A stretch of DNA of 63,643 nucleotides, filler included, from Hyphochytrium catenoides (lineage: Eukaryota > Protista > Hyphochytriomycota): NCBI GenBank assembly GCA_900088475.1. It is 7 parts of 7 records of this genome, joined end to end, with 100 filler letters (N's around TTAATTAATTAA, not from the genome) between each part and the next. Parts side by side here need not be neighbours in the genome. Positions count along the whole stretch, not along the records: positions 43,757 to 51,683 come from FLMG01000283.1; positions 51,784 to 61,372 come from FLMG01002945.1; 5 more parts are not named here. One strand, 5' to 3'. Positions 46,187 through 58,434 of this stretch are shown here, in pieces; the stretch's first letter is position 1; each line of letters opens with the position of its first letter. Both the position numbers and the translations under genes were made by a program. The notes below the pieces were generated by a model that ran no database searches, had not been told where the DNA came from, and saw only the letters and a program-made list of their open reading frames with translations.

Positions 46187-47170
46187 ATGGATCAAAACGG
46201 TGAAGATATCAACATCTTTGAGGGCATTCCCCTCGACATGTCAGCCTTCGGTGGGGCTAGCTTTGCTGCCCCAGGTGACGGTATGGCCTCCTTCCAACAG
46301 CCCTCCGTGACCTTTGACCTCATGCCAGACACCGTGGAGTCACTGGCTTTAGCTGGCATTGACGTAGTCCCGGACACCAGAAAAAGAGCACGAAGTTTAG
46401 GAAGAGAACGCAGATTGCAGTCTTTGACGGATCCAGCCACGGTAGCTGCCGCGGCACGAATCCTTCAAAGTGAACAAGCGGCACAGGCAGCGTTTGAAGG
46501 GGCGTCTTTAGAGAATCTACCGGCTCCTCTCCCACTTCGAATCAACAACGCCAACATTGTGGATTCAGACAAACTCAATGCCTTTCTCCAGTCCCAAGGT
46601 CTCCAGTCTAATGACTTGGACTACATCGACCCTAACGATCCTGCGTTATATCGTCGTAGAACGAGAGCGTTTGACGAGCAAGTACATAGGAGACTGAACT
46701 CCGATCCCTCTCATCTGACCTTCAACGTTAGCCAACTCAATCTACAGGGCTCGCTTGGAGTTCCATTGGGCATAGACACAAACTTGGCAAATGCTGGATA
46801 TAATCCTGACTTTCTCACCTCCCCTGCATCTTCCACCTCTCCTGGCTCTCAGATTGTCCCTAAGTTGGACACACTCTCTTTAGAAGACCTCAACAAGCCA
46901 AGAAAGCGTTATCTCTGTGGCCGTTGTGGCCAGCCGAAGGTTGGGCATGTCTGCACGGCTCCAGACACGAAGAATGTGTCGATGCAGGTGGATATAGGCA
47001 TCACAAAGGGAACAAAGAGGATTGACTTCCGCTCCGTGAAAGTGCTCACAGTGAATAAGCACTGGATGCCTACCCCGAGCGNNNGAGAGGAGAGCAAGCC
47101 GAACGAGGGAGTCAAGGAGAAGGACACGATAAATGTCAAAGAAGAGAATGGCAAGAAGGCCTGTAAATAG
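46187..47170 (+). CDS. Protein with C-terminal CCHC zinc knuckle (YLCGRCGQPKVGHVC), possible nucleic-acid-binding regulator
   Basis: Open frame of about 327 codons with acidic disordered N-terminus, basic KPRKR patch and CxxCxxPKxGHxC. Start uncertain; 3 Ns near the end. Confidence 0.72.
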   Translation: MDQNGEDINIFEGIPLDMSAFGGASFAAPGDGMASFQQPSVTFDLMPDTVESLALAGIDVVPDTRKRARSLGRERRLQSLTDPATVAAAARILQSEQAAQAAFEGASLENLPAPLPLRINNANIVDSDKLNAFLQSQGLQSNDLDYIDPNDPALYRRRTRAFDEQVHRRLNSDPSHLTFNVSQLNLQGSLGVPLGIDTNLANAGYNPDFLTSPASSTSPGSQIVPKLDTLSLEDLNKPRKRYLCGRCGQPKVGHVCTAPDTKNVSMQVDIGITKGTKRIDFRSVKVLTVNKHWMPTPSXXEESKPNEGVKEKDTINVKEENGKKACK

Positions 47171-47454
47171 AGCAGTGGCGGGAGAGACAGTGCATATACC
47201 TCCCTGTCCTGTCTGCTTACTTATGTTAACACTAAGTTCCATTTTTATTGTCATGCTCCTTTAGCTCTATCTTCCTAACCTTCCATCATATACAAAAATC
47301 CCTTTCCTCTACATCATCCGCAGCTCCTCGACTTCTCTGCCAAGATTGGGATGAGTGTCTCCCTTCCCAGTCTTCTTTAGAATCCTCTAGCTTTCTAGGG
47401 CAAGAGGGGCTGCCGTAGCAAACCTTCAGAGGTAGTCCTTCGTGCGACCTAAAC

Positions 47455-50400
47455 TATTGTTCCGTAGCGTGACGTGCGACGTCTTTCTCTGGAAAGAGCA
47501 CAAGGTCAAGAGTGAGTCGTTCTCCTGTTGACAGGACACGACAATCCTTGCTTCCACTTCAGTCTATTCTCTTTCTATTATTTGTTATGGCTCCTTCGTC
47601 TCCCTTGTCTTCCGATTGTTCCTATCCCCGACTCCAGTCTGTGCCTCTCACCTTTGTCGAGCAGCTTCCTTTGCTGTGTCTGACTTAATTTTGTCTTCGG
47701 CACCAGACTATGCGAAGAAATAAGGGCAAGGGTGAGTCCACGAGGGGTGACTTGGGGCCCGACTCAATGAGGGTAGAAGTAAGGAACGGCAAGGGAATAG
47801 GCATGACAAATGAGAGTAGCGTCCCACCGATGGGTTGCTTTGCGTCCCGCCTCTCCGAGCATTCTGCCTTGTTTGCCGGGCGGATAACCGCAACTTGCTG
47901 CTTCTGGACTTTCCTCCGACGGTGTATTGTTCATCGTCCCCTTCATCTTCGTCATCGTCCCCACCGTCATCCATAAAGTCACCGTCCCCCTCATCTTCGA
48001 GAGAGCTCTCTGACTTATGCTCTGAAGACCATCAGCCCATAAGAAGTTCGCAGATCATTTTGGACCACGAAAAGAGATAGAACAATAGCAAGATGATGAT
48101 CAGAACATACCCAGAGGGGGAAAAGTAACATAATCACAAGAGAGAGAGAACATCAGGAGCAAGAGAAGGCAAGGGCTGGTAGATACCGAGCGCAATAAGG
48201 CAAGCAAAAGGAGCCGTCACCTCTGACTCGGAGTAATAACCTAGACATGACAACCGTTTAATTATTAGGAGAAAATTGAAGTCGGACGCACCTAGAGGGC
48301 CCATGGGGACTGGGTCTACGTCCTGCTTATCCTGTCAAGGAAAGAAAGACAGTGAGAGTGGGGCGATGGGCAAATGTGCCACAGCGATCGCAAGGGAACG
48401 ACGTTAATAGAGTCATTTCAAAGCTGTTTTATACGTAGGAGAAAGAAATCAGATTGGGAACTCACATCCTCTGGAGCCGCTGGTGTGTCGGAAACTGGCG
48501 CAGGAGGAGGAAGAGTGGTGCTGTTCTCCTCAACAGGAGGGTCCTCCATAGCTTCGATGGGGTTCTCCTGCCGCGAAGAAGAGCGCAGGGTTGTCCGATT
48601 CAGACGAGGGTTGCTTCTTCTCCTTGTCGCTGTGCTGACGTCTTCCTTCGCTGGACTAGGAACGCGGCCGTTCTGTTCCAGATCATGTTAAGAGCTAAAC
48701 AGTCCAAGAGGGTCTCATAGGACTAGATATACGCCAAAGAGCTGGAAATGTGGAGCTTACAGATTTTGTAGAGGTTTTCTTCTTGGAATCTTCTTTCTTC
48801 TTAACAGGCTCCATACCGCTGCTGGCCACCCGATATCGCGAGAGCTGGTTCATATGATCGGTAGCATTCTTCGTCAGCCACGGGTACTGTTTTTGCTCTT
48901 TGTCGTTTTTCTCCGGGTTTGCCAAACCTTACTCTCTGGTACTCTTTACTTGTTTCTCTCTCTTCCCAGCTCTCAACTTTCTCTCCCTCCCTTGTATAAG
49001 CTCACTCTCTCTCTTCATCTCTTCTTGTCAGTAATAGTCTAAGCCTTAACAGCGCTTTTTGAACCCTCTAAAGCTTCCCCATATGCTCACCTGCTCCATG
49101 AGGAGATCTCTGGATTCATGAGCATCACGCAACTGGCGCTCCTTGTCTTTTCGATTTGCTGCAGAATAGCAAGAAGTAACGAGCAGACTTAGTGGCGGCA
49201 AAAACCTCAGCCAGAGATGTTGGAGGGGCCAGAAGATAGATGCCGCTGTACTTTCCGCGAAAATGTAAACGACAGTTCACAGATACACCCAAGTTTTCAG
49301 GAATAAGGCTTCAGCGAGTGGACTGCTCTTGCATTTCCTTACTCTCTGCGGCGCTGAGCTTGAATTTAAGCCTCTCCACCTCTCCTCTTAGCTTTTGGAG
49401 CTCGAGCTTGTCGTCCTCCCACTTTTGGATCGCTTCCGGGAGACTTCGTTCGAACCATTGGATCGAACCTTCAGGTGGAGCCATAGCTATCACACGGTCC
49501 TCACGTGTCCTGGAACACCAGCACAGCGGCAGAGGAGATTAGTCAGCACTGCTAATCGATATTGGTAAAGAACGTACGAAAGCAACGTAATGCTACAGAA
49601 TGGGCAAGAAACAGTGACAAGTTGATAGAGGTTCGACTAGGGCAGGCCTGAGAAGCATACCCTATTGGGCTGATCCGTAATGGAACGCCTCGGCTGTCCA
49701 TTGGCATCAGACAGCTTCTCATAGCAATTAACCCTTCCTGGCCAGCTTTCTTTCTACCTCTTCCTCCCTCCTCATCTTCCATGTCAGCATTCGCGGTCGT
49801 GTCATCAGCTAACACCTAGAAAGGAGGATTCAGTCGCCCTTTCGAGTTCCTAGGAAGCGGCTCGCCGCCTGAAAGAGTTGTCTCCCTTTTGTTCTGGACT
49901 CTCTTTGTTTGCACTGCCAACGGGGCTTCCCTGAAGCCTTTGTTTCTCAATCTCTCTCCTTCGCGGTGCTACACAGTTTTCTGTAGAGTCCCTTCGTCCC
50001 TCGCCTTTTCCTTCTTCATTTTCATCTTCCACCAACCTCTTCTTGCGCTTCCTGCTCCAGCTTGTCCCAATTCAGGGCATAGTCGGTTACATCCTCTTTC
50101 TGAGCCGATGCCGCTAGGCTGGGCGATGCCTAAGAAGTAGTGTCAGCCATGGAGCGGACACAAAGGGAATAGGTTACATAGCACGACAAAGGTAACTGGA
50201 ACAGACATGGGATCCCCAACAATTTGCTCATAGCCAGAAGGGTATAGAATCAAAAGAATAACGAGGAGGGGTGCGAGAGGAAGAGCAAACTTCGCCCAGG
50301 TACCTGCAAATAGCAGATGGCGCCACTGTCCTTGAGTTCTACCACAATCACCCTATCTTGGAGCCTGACATCCTTCACCTTGCCCTGTACATTTCAAGAT

Positions 50401-51404
50401 AACTGAGCCATTCGATAGGGTAGCAGCGCTCTATTGACTCCGATCTCACTCTTACCTTGCCCATGAAAGTGGTAATCGTCGAGCCAATGCGGGGAAGGTC
50501 TCCCTACACGGGAGAGATTCTCAACATGCGAAGGAGTGGGCAAGACACATTGTACAAAGGGCAGAATGGAGATGCCAGGAGGGTACAAGAGGTCAACAGC
50601 ATGTACGTGATACATACGACCACAGGCAGATAGAAAGACCAGAAAACCTAGCGGAAACAAGGCAGACCAAAGGCCAGATTTTCGTTACCTTTAGGTAGTC
50701 GATCTCATTTTGTTGCTGCTGGTAGAGCTGTCGAAGGTACAGCAGGGCGTCTGCCCGTCGCTTAAGTTCCAGCAGAATGTTCTGCAAGGCAGTATTTTTC
50801 CGCTTCTGCACTTCTAAAGTTGCGGCTCTCCGTGCTACCTAAATATATGACAGGATGAGCGCTACAGAAGGGGAGAGAAATCTAATAAGTGGAAGGATAC
50901 CTGTTTCTCAAGGTCAGCGAGCACCTGGTTACTCTCCTCCTTCTCCTCATCCAAAAGATTGCACTGAAGCATATAATGAGACCTAGCGGGTCATCCAGTG
51001 GATAGGGGAAACTGAATGTTAGCTTTTCCAAGTGGGAAAGAATAGGTGCTTTCTAGGAGCATATTCTGATCTCTGGCATACCTAAGGGACATATATCGTA
51101 GTTCGAGGTCTTCCCTCTCTTTCTCTATCTTCTTCAGTTCTTTTCGCGTGGCATCCACAGCAGCCTGAGACCGCTCATAATCAAGCTGTGCAAGAGCAGG
51201 GAACTTCTCCCATCTCTTCAGCCTCTTCTTTCTCTCCATATAAGAAGAGTCCGGTAGTGGAGGAGGCCCCACTCCGTCGGGAAGAAGCTGGCGGCTGCTG
51301 ACTAGAGTCTCACCCAAGGGACCACTGGTAGCAAAGCCATTCATTAAAGGCTTTTCCATTTCTTTCAGGTCACCCTTGACTTCTGACTTGCTTAGTGGCA
51401 GCAT
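47455..51404 (-). CDS. Multi-exon unknown protein with coiled coils and a small SH3-like beta-barrel motif; both ends approximate
   Basis: Phase-compatible exons such as ..RKELKKIEKEREDLE.., VARRAATLEVQKRKN..IDYLK, GDLPRIGSTITTFMGK/GKVKDVRLQDRVIVVELKDSGAICYLQ, ..WEDDKLELQKLRGEVERLK.., and an acidic/basic tail. Confidence 0.6.
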
Positions 51405-51569
51405 CCCTATCACGAGATAATATCAATCAAATGGGGGCGGAAGACAGTTGGAGAGTTTAAGGAGCGAAAGCGATCGGTCGAGGATGGGTGCATCATAAAG
51501 CGACTGGAAAACGCTCCACAGAAGAGAGAAGAGAAGAGAGAGAGGACAGAGAGAGAAGAGAGAGAGGAC

Positions 51570-51609
<40 letters not shown>

Positions 51610-51683
51610 ACCAGAAGGACTTAATAAAGATGAGGAGGCCGACCAAATAATAGGAGACGAATCTAGTGAGCAACCAGCAGCAG

Positions 51684-51783
51684 NNNNNNNNNNNNNNNNN
51701 NNNNNNNNNNNNNNNNNNNNNNNNNNNTTAATTAATTAANNNNNNNNNNNNNNNNNNNNNNNNNNNNNNNNNNNNNNNNNNNN
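51684..51783. other. Artificial scaffold spacer
   Basis: N44-TTAATTAATTAA-N44. Confidence 0.97.
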
Positions 51784-52026
51784 AGAGAGAGAGAGAGACC
51801 GGCCAGCAGAAGAGTGATGATCGATTCATTGACGGGAGTGGTGGTCGGACCTGATTCCGAACAGGTTTAGCTGAATCCCATTTATTCTAGACCTAAATTC
51901 ATCTTATCGTGCATAATTCGTTTTGGGAAGCGGTGTGATCTTTCTGCTTTTGACAGGAGAGAGAACTCGATCAGAATCCTTAGACCATCCTTTTTCTCAG
52001 TTCCTCTCTCCTGCTCTTTGTCTCTC

Positions 52027-52057
<31 letters not shown>

Positions 52058-52466
52058 GTCTTTCTACTCGCCTCTCTCTCTCTGAGTCGCTCTCCTGCTC
52101 TTCTGTTCTGTTGCGCCTTGTTTCTCTCCCTCTTCGTGGAGCTTCACTCGCTTTCTTCTTAGAGCTACAGAGATTTTGGGAAAGTGAGTCAGCGGCTGGG
52201 AACTGATCCTTCCAACGCAGGGCAAGCGGACAAAAAGGAGAGAGAGAGAGAGAGGAAGAGAGAGATTAAGAAGCTCCACAGCGAAGGAGAATCGCAAAAG
52301 TGAGAGGAAGAGATCTGTCACAGGGACATTATCCACTCCACGAATCAGAAGGAAAACCTTGAGATAAGATCTCCGACAGAAGAAAGAATCAAGGAGAGAG
52401 AGAGACAACGAGATAGGGAAGACTAAGTCCAGTTACCCGTCAGCTCATCTGCAGAAGAAGAGAGAG

Positions 52467-52588
52467 ATGTCGGGCTCAGGAAGAGAAGGTGCGCCTCTCT
52501 CTTTTGCATTTGGCTTAACATCTCTTCGTCTCCGCCATGGCACGTAACTTCTCTGTTTAGTCTGCTCTCAACTCTATATGCCTTTCAA

Positions 52589-52632
<44 letters not shown>

Positions 52633-52928
52633 TTTCTTTCTCTTTCCGGTTCATTCTCTCCCCCTTCTTGACAGTCCCTCTCTCTCTCTCACGCGCGTCT
52701 GCCGCAGGTCAAGACCTTATTGAGAAGTGGAGAAGGGAGCTCCAGACAGTGTCCGATCCACAGACTAGGGTAAGAAGCCACACCGCCTCTCTTCTTCCCA
52801 GCCCAGTCACCCTTTCTCTCTCCCAGCCCCCTTTCTCTCTTTCCTTTCCCCCTTCTCTCTCTACTCTCTCTCTTTCTCTCTCTCCCATCTCTCTTTCTCT
52901 CTCTCCCATTTCTCTTTCTCTCTCTCCC

Positions 52929-52959
<31 letters not shown>

Positions 52960-53365
52960 GCTCTCTCTCTCTCTTTCTTACTTTCTCCATCTCTCTCATC
53001 AACTTGCTTTGTCTTCCCTCTTCTGTATAGGAGAGACTAGAGAGATGGATCAAAGAGGCAGAGGATCAGTTTGGGACAAGAGAAAGCGGAGAAAGAGAGG
53101 GAGCTCGACGAGAAGAAGGAGAGAGAGAGACACACACAGACGAGAGAGAAAGAAGAGCAACAAGAGCAACAGGGCAGGAAGATCAGAGAGAAAGAGAGAG
53201 AGAGACAGATCCTCTTTTGCGGAAGCTGAGAGTGACAGAAGTGCAGCTTTCTCGACCTGAAGATGCTCTTGCTCTTGCTTTCCACGCGCTGACACTGGAG
53301 CAAGGTAAGAAGACGGCTGGGGATAGGGTGTGAAATGGGGAAAGAGAGAAGAGGAGAGACTGTAA

Positions 53366-53401
<36 letters not shown>

Positions 53402-53427
53402 CGAAAGAAAGAGGGAAAAGTGAGGGG

Positions 53428-53469
<42 letters not shown>

Positions 53470-53625
53470 ATGAGGAAGGAATAAAGGGAAAGATACAGAA
53501 AAAGAGAGAAAAAGCATAATGAGTGAAGACAAACTTTGAGATATAAAGGCGTGAAGAGGAAAGGAGAGAAGAGAGGGAAAGGAAGTGTAAGGAAGAAGAA
53601 GGAGGGAGAATGAAGAAAGAAAGAG

Positions 53626-53663
<38 letters not shown>

Positions 53664-54615
53664 GGCAGTCCAGGCGGGATATTCCTGACAAAGGCGAAAG
53701 AGAAAATAGAAAGAAACAAAGAGACATACGAACCGCAGACAACGGGGGAGAAAAGAAAGAAGAAGAGAGAGGCACTATGAGAGAAAGAGAGAGAAGGAGA
53801 TAAGCGAATACCTAAACTTTTTCTCTGGAAGGCTTTGAGCTGAAAGGAATTCGCGAATCCTCTTCTGGCTATGCAGTTATTCCTGGCTTTGCCTCTCCTG
53901 CAGCACCTTGTAAGCTGTCTCCCCCTTGCCCTCCCTCTTTCTCTCCTTTTTCTCTTTGCTGCTCTCTCTCTCTTCTCTTTCTGTACCTGTGCCTTTACCT
54001 GTGTCTATCTTCATTCTCTCTTTATGTTCTCTCTCAATCTCTTCCTGCATGTGCCCCACTATTTTCTATACATCTGCGGTGGAGTGTTCTCTCTCTCTCT
54101 CTCTCCCTTCCTCTCTGTCTTTCACGTGCGAGACCTTGTTCTCTTCTTCTTACTTAGACAATCGTTTCACCCTTATCTCTCCCTGCCTCTTCCTTCTTAA
54201 TTCTTGCAGCAAGATCACATGGTGGATTCGTCCCCGAGAGCTGGAATGCTTTCTCTCGGGATGGACTTTACTCCTTCAGGTCAGAGCGCGAGGGGAGGAC
54301 TTGAGAGAGAGAGACGAAAAGGGAGGAGAGAGACAGAAGGAGAGCAGAGAGGGAGAATGGGAAGAAAACGGAGGACGGGACAGAGGTAGAAAGAAGAGAC
54401 TGCCAACGATGGTGACGCCGGACATATTGATAGAGGACGGGGGGAGAGAGAGGGAGAGAGACAGAGACAGAGAGAGAGAGAGAGNNNNNNNNNNNNNNNN
54501 NNNNNNNNNNNNNNNNAGAGAGAGAGAGAGAGAGAGAGAGAAAGAAAGAGAGAGAGCGAGAGAGAAAGAGAGAGAGAGAAAGAGAGAGAGCGAGAGAGAA
54601 AGAGAGAGAGGGGAA

Positions 54616-54648
<33 letters not shown>

Positions 54649-55615
54649 AGATGGGGAGGGAGAGAGGGAGAGAGAGAGAGAAAAAGAAAGAAAGACGAAA
54701 ATTCTGACGCTTGTTTGGTCAACAGCTATTCTTGGTCTGGCTATCGAGCGGGAGAGTATGCTCTCAAGTGCGTGATCATCGGGAATAGAATGCAGGTGCA
54801 CTTCTCCCGGGCAGACGGAGACTCTTTCTCTGTTGAAGCACAGTGAGTTACATATGTCTTGGAAATCTCTCTCTCTCTTCTCATTCTCTCTCTCTCTTTC
54901 CCTCTCTGTCTTTCTCTTTTTACACCTCTTCGTGCCATCCTCCAGTATTTTCTTTCAAAATCTGATCTTGGTCGTCTTCCTCCTGCTGTCTTTTCATCCT
55001 GCTTATGTCCCGAGGAAGAGAGAGAGAGAGAGTCGTATAGACGACTGTGGAGGGAGAAGGAAGAGATAGAACAAAGGGAGAGAGTGAGAGAAACAGGAGG
55101 GCACGCAGATATAGAGAGAGCCAAGAGAGACGAGATGTGTTGCTGTCTAATTTGATTCTTCTCTCAGGCTATCGGACTATCTGGACATGTCTGCTCCCCT
55201 CTCCTCTCCCTCGTCGGTGCTGCGCCATGTGCTCCAGCTGAGGACTCTCTTCTCTCTTCCCCTTCAAAGTTTTATGGCACCACCGCCTGCACCGCCCACC
55301 AGGTGAGAGAGAGAGAAAAGGAGAGACAGTAGGAACATTGTATAGACATAGCCACCATAATGGAGAGAGAGAGTACATCTGAAGAAGATAATGATCCGAT
55401 TGAAAGAAGAGAAAGCGTCTCACTTTCTCTATCCTCTGGGTTGGGCCTTCTCTACCCTTATATCACGGTGCCTCTGTCTTTCTTTGGAGAACTCCTGAGA
55501 AGTTCCAGTCATCCTCTCCTCTCGCATTTCTCACTCTTCTTTCCGTCTCGTTTGCCCTTCACTCTCTCTCTCCCTCTTCATTTGTCACACTCTCCTTATT
55601 TCCCATCCTCTCACA

Positions 55616-55653
<38 letters not shown>

Positions 55654-56900
55654 AGGCCTGAAGGTGTTCCCTCCGGTCCTCCACCGGCCGTCCCTGTGCT
55701 CCCGCAGGTCCCGGTCCCGGGATATCGCGGAGACTTTGATCAGGATCTCTTCCCCACAGGCGCAAGGAACCCCTTCGGACCACCGAGCGGCGCCACAGGC
55801 GGCGGTGGTGGGAGCCTGGTGGGACCTGGNNNNNNNNNNNNNNNNNNNNNNNNNNNNNNNNNNNNNNNNNNNNNNNNNNNNNNNNNNNNNNNNNNNNNNN
55901 NNNNNNNNNNNNNNNNNNNNNNNNTAAGAGTGGAAAAAGACGGGAGGAGGAGACGGGAACAGTTGATTGATATGGTTTTGCCATCTTAACTGCAAGGGCT
56001 TCGGGCTCTCCTTTCTCTCTTCCTCTCTCTTTGTCGCTTGCTTCTGGTGCTGTTCTTTCTCTCTCTCTCTCTCCATGGGCAATATCTCCATCTGCTCACT
56101 CTCTCCCTCTCTCTGTTGCTCTCTTTCCCATCCAAGGGGGCGGAGGCATGAACCCTCTTCCTCCTGGAGTGCCGCCGGGCGCACGGTTCGATCCTTTCGG
56201 TCCTGTGGGCCCTGGAGTCCCAGCCCCGGGCCGGGGAATCATGCCAGGGGAGCCGCCGAGGCCAGGACCCATGCCCTTCGGAGGGTAAGATGCTCCCGGA
56301 CACCTCTGTCTCTCTCTCTCTCTTTCTTTCTCTCTCTCTCTCTCGGTGTCTCTCTCTCTCTGGACCCCTCCGTCTCTGGTTGTCACGTCAACTGTTCCTT
56401 GTCTCTTTCCTTACTGATTTCCTCAGGAGATTACTACGTAGAGAGTGGTTCTCCCACTACTCTTTTCAACATTTTATTCTTTCTCCTCCCATCGGCTTTT
56501 CTCCCTCTTCCTCCTTCAGAAACGTCTCCTTCTCACTCTCTTGTTCTCTATCTTTCCCGCGGCGTGGTTGTGGACACTGTTCTCCTCTCTCTTGCCCTCT
56601 TGCTGTCGCACCCTCTTTCTCGTTTTGCCTCTTTGTCTCACTCACTCTTCCTCCGCCCAATACCGCCTTGTTCTCGCTTCCTCCTAACCTCGCGCTCCCT
56701 CTCTCTCTCTTTCTCTCTCTCTCTCTGTCTCTCTCTTCCAATATTTGATGCTACTCTTCAGGCCTGACCCTGATCACCTCCAACCGCCGGGCTTTGATGA
56801 TGATCTGGGCTTGTTTGGCCCAGGAGGACGAAGAATGCCGCCCAACAGAAGGGGAGGACCTCCAGGCAGCGGAGGCGGAAATTTTTTCCCCTTTGGCTGA
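52467..56900 (+). CDS. PSMF1: Proteasome inhibitor PI31, about 10 exons, one boundary hidden in an N gap
   Basis: FP domain (DALALAFHALTLEQGF..PESWN....YSFSY..YALKCVIIGNRMQVH), DLFP, GSLVGP, VPPGARFDPFGP, PDPDHLQPPGFDD. Exons 52467-52488, 52708-52769, 53031-53304, 53832-53909, 54210-54279, 54726-54842, 55168-55302, 55656-gap, 56137-56284, 56762-56900 are phase-consistent where visible. Confidence 0.88.
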
Positions 56901-57427
56901 GGAAATTTGAGGACAAGAGAGAGAGAAGAGAGAGAGGGGGAGAGAGAGAGAGAGAGGGGGAGAGAGAGGCAGAGAGAGAGAGAAATGTGAAAAAGTTGGC
57001 GCTAAAAAAGACGGCATCGGCCAGCTCATTTTTTTTTTCCGCTGGCTCCAAAGCTCTTCGTCGCTGTTTGCAGTGGCTCTTTCTTGTTTTGTCTGTCCTC
57101 TTCTCCGCAACCTTTCATCTACTCTTTCTCTGTCTCTTTCCCTCATCTCTCGGTGAAGCCCTCGAGTGGGGCGTCCCCTACATCTCTCTCTGTTTGTCTC
57201 TCTTACCCTTCTCTCTTTAACCGTTTTTTCATGGCTCTTTTGCCATCCTTCTCTACTCTACTACTATACTCTTACGTTTCTCCTCTCTCTCTCTCTTTTA
57301 CTCCTTCCATCTGCCTGTCTTCGCCCTCTCGTCTGTCCCTTCGTCTCTCCCTCTGTCTCTTTGTCTCTCTCTGCCCCTTTCTCTCACTCTCTTTTTGTCT
57401 CTTTCTCTCTCTCTCTCTCTCTCTTTT

Positions 57428-57473
<46 letters not shown>

Positions 57474-57954
57474 TCTCTGTCTCTCTTTCTCTTGGCCCCC
57501 TTTACTCTCTTTTTACCCTTATCATTACCCAAATTTACTTCCCCATTGATAGTCCCAGTTATGATTATCAGTGACGTAATCCCATAATGAAGCTATTGAT
57601 TATCAACCTTTTATGATATTGATAATCAGTTTACTGGGGACGTCAGCCCTGCGCCCAGCTGGGTTTCCCTGTCCTCAGTTCAGTGTGGATGTGAAGCTTT
57701 TGTCATAGAGATTATTGCAGCTCTAGAACTCGGTGACAGAGCTCAGGAAGACAGGAACGTCAATAACATTGAAGATTCGTCTCTAACGGTCCTGATATAT
57801 TGCTGCTGTTGGATCACCAAGTGTGAGAGGCCTGTCCAGAGCACCACCATTTGACTATTCAACGACTGCCTCCAGTCAGAATCAGGAAATTTCTGACGTC
57901 GGAGTGCGTGAGCGTATTTGGAAATACTTTGATAGCTTCACCAAGGGAAGCACC

Positions 57955-58182
57955 ATGTCGTCCACGGGGAGCAAGGTGATGAACTTTGCGCAGCGCTCTT
58001 TCTCTACTGTGCTCTTCGGTGCAACGGTTGCTGGGTTCGCCTTCGTTGTGTCTGGAAGCGTGGAACTGGTACAGAGGTCGAAGAAGCGAGCAGCAGAGGC
58101 CCGTTTGGCGCAGGAAGCAGAGAGAAATGCTCCTCAGACAAACAAAGATGACGTGCCGTGGAAGCCCAAGAATATGCAGTAA
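57955..58182 (+). CDS. COX14-like single-pass cytochrome c oxidase assembly protein, 75 aa
   Basis: CACC-ATG; AQRSFSTVLFGATVAG resembles the COX14 pattern (K/R.FST.....TV.G), followed by one TM segment and a basic then charged tail. Confidence 0.6.
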   Translation: MSSTGSKVMNFAQRSFSTVLFGATVAGFAFVVSGSVELVQRSKKRAAEARLAQEAERNAPQTNKDDVPWKPKNMQ

Positions 58183-58434
58183 ACAGAGGAAGAAGGCCAG
58201 ACTTAAAAAAGAGGAAGCCTTGAATCGCCTCTAGATTGGGGACGAAGGCGCTTGCAGAGGAGAAGGTTTTGAAGAGACAGAGCTGAAGACATTTCTCTTC
58301 TACTCAGTGCTACTGAGAATAAATAGCGATAACCATAAACAGGGACGGGGGAGCACTTCTCCTTTCTTCTCTGTCTTTCTCTCTCTCTCCCTTTCTGTCT
58401 AGATCAGCTATGAACAACTACAATCAAGGTGACC

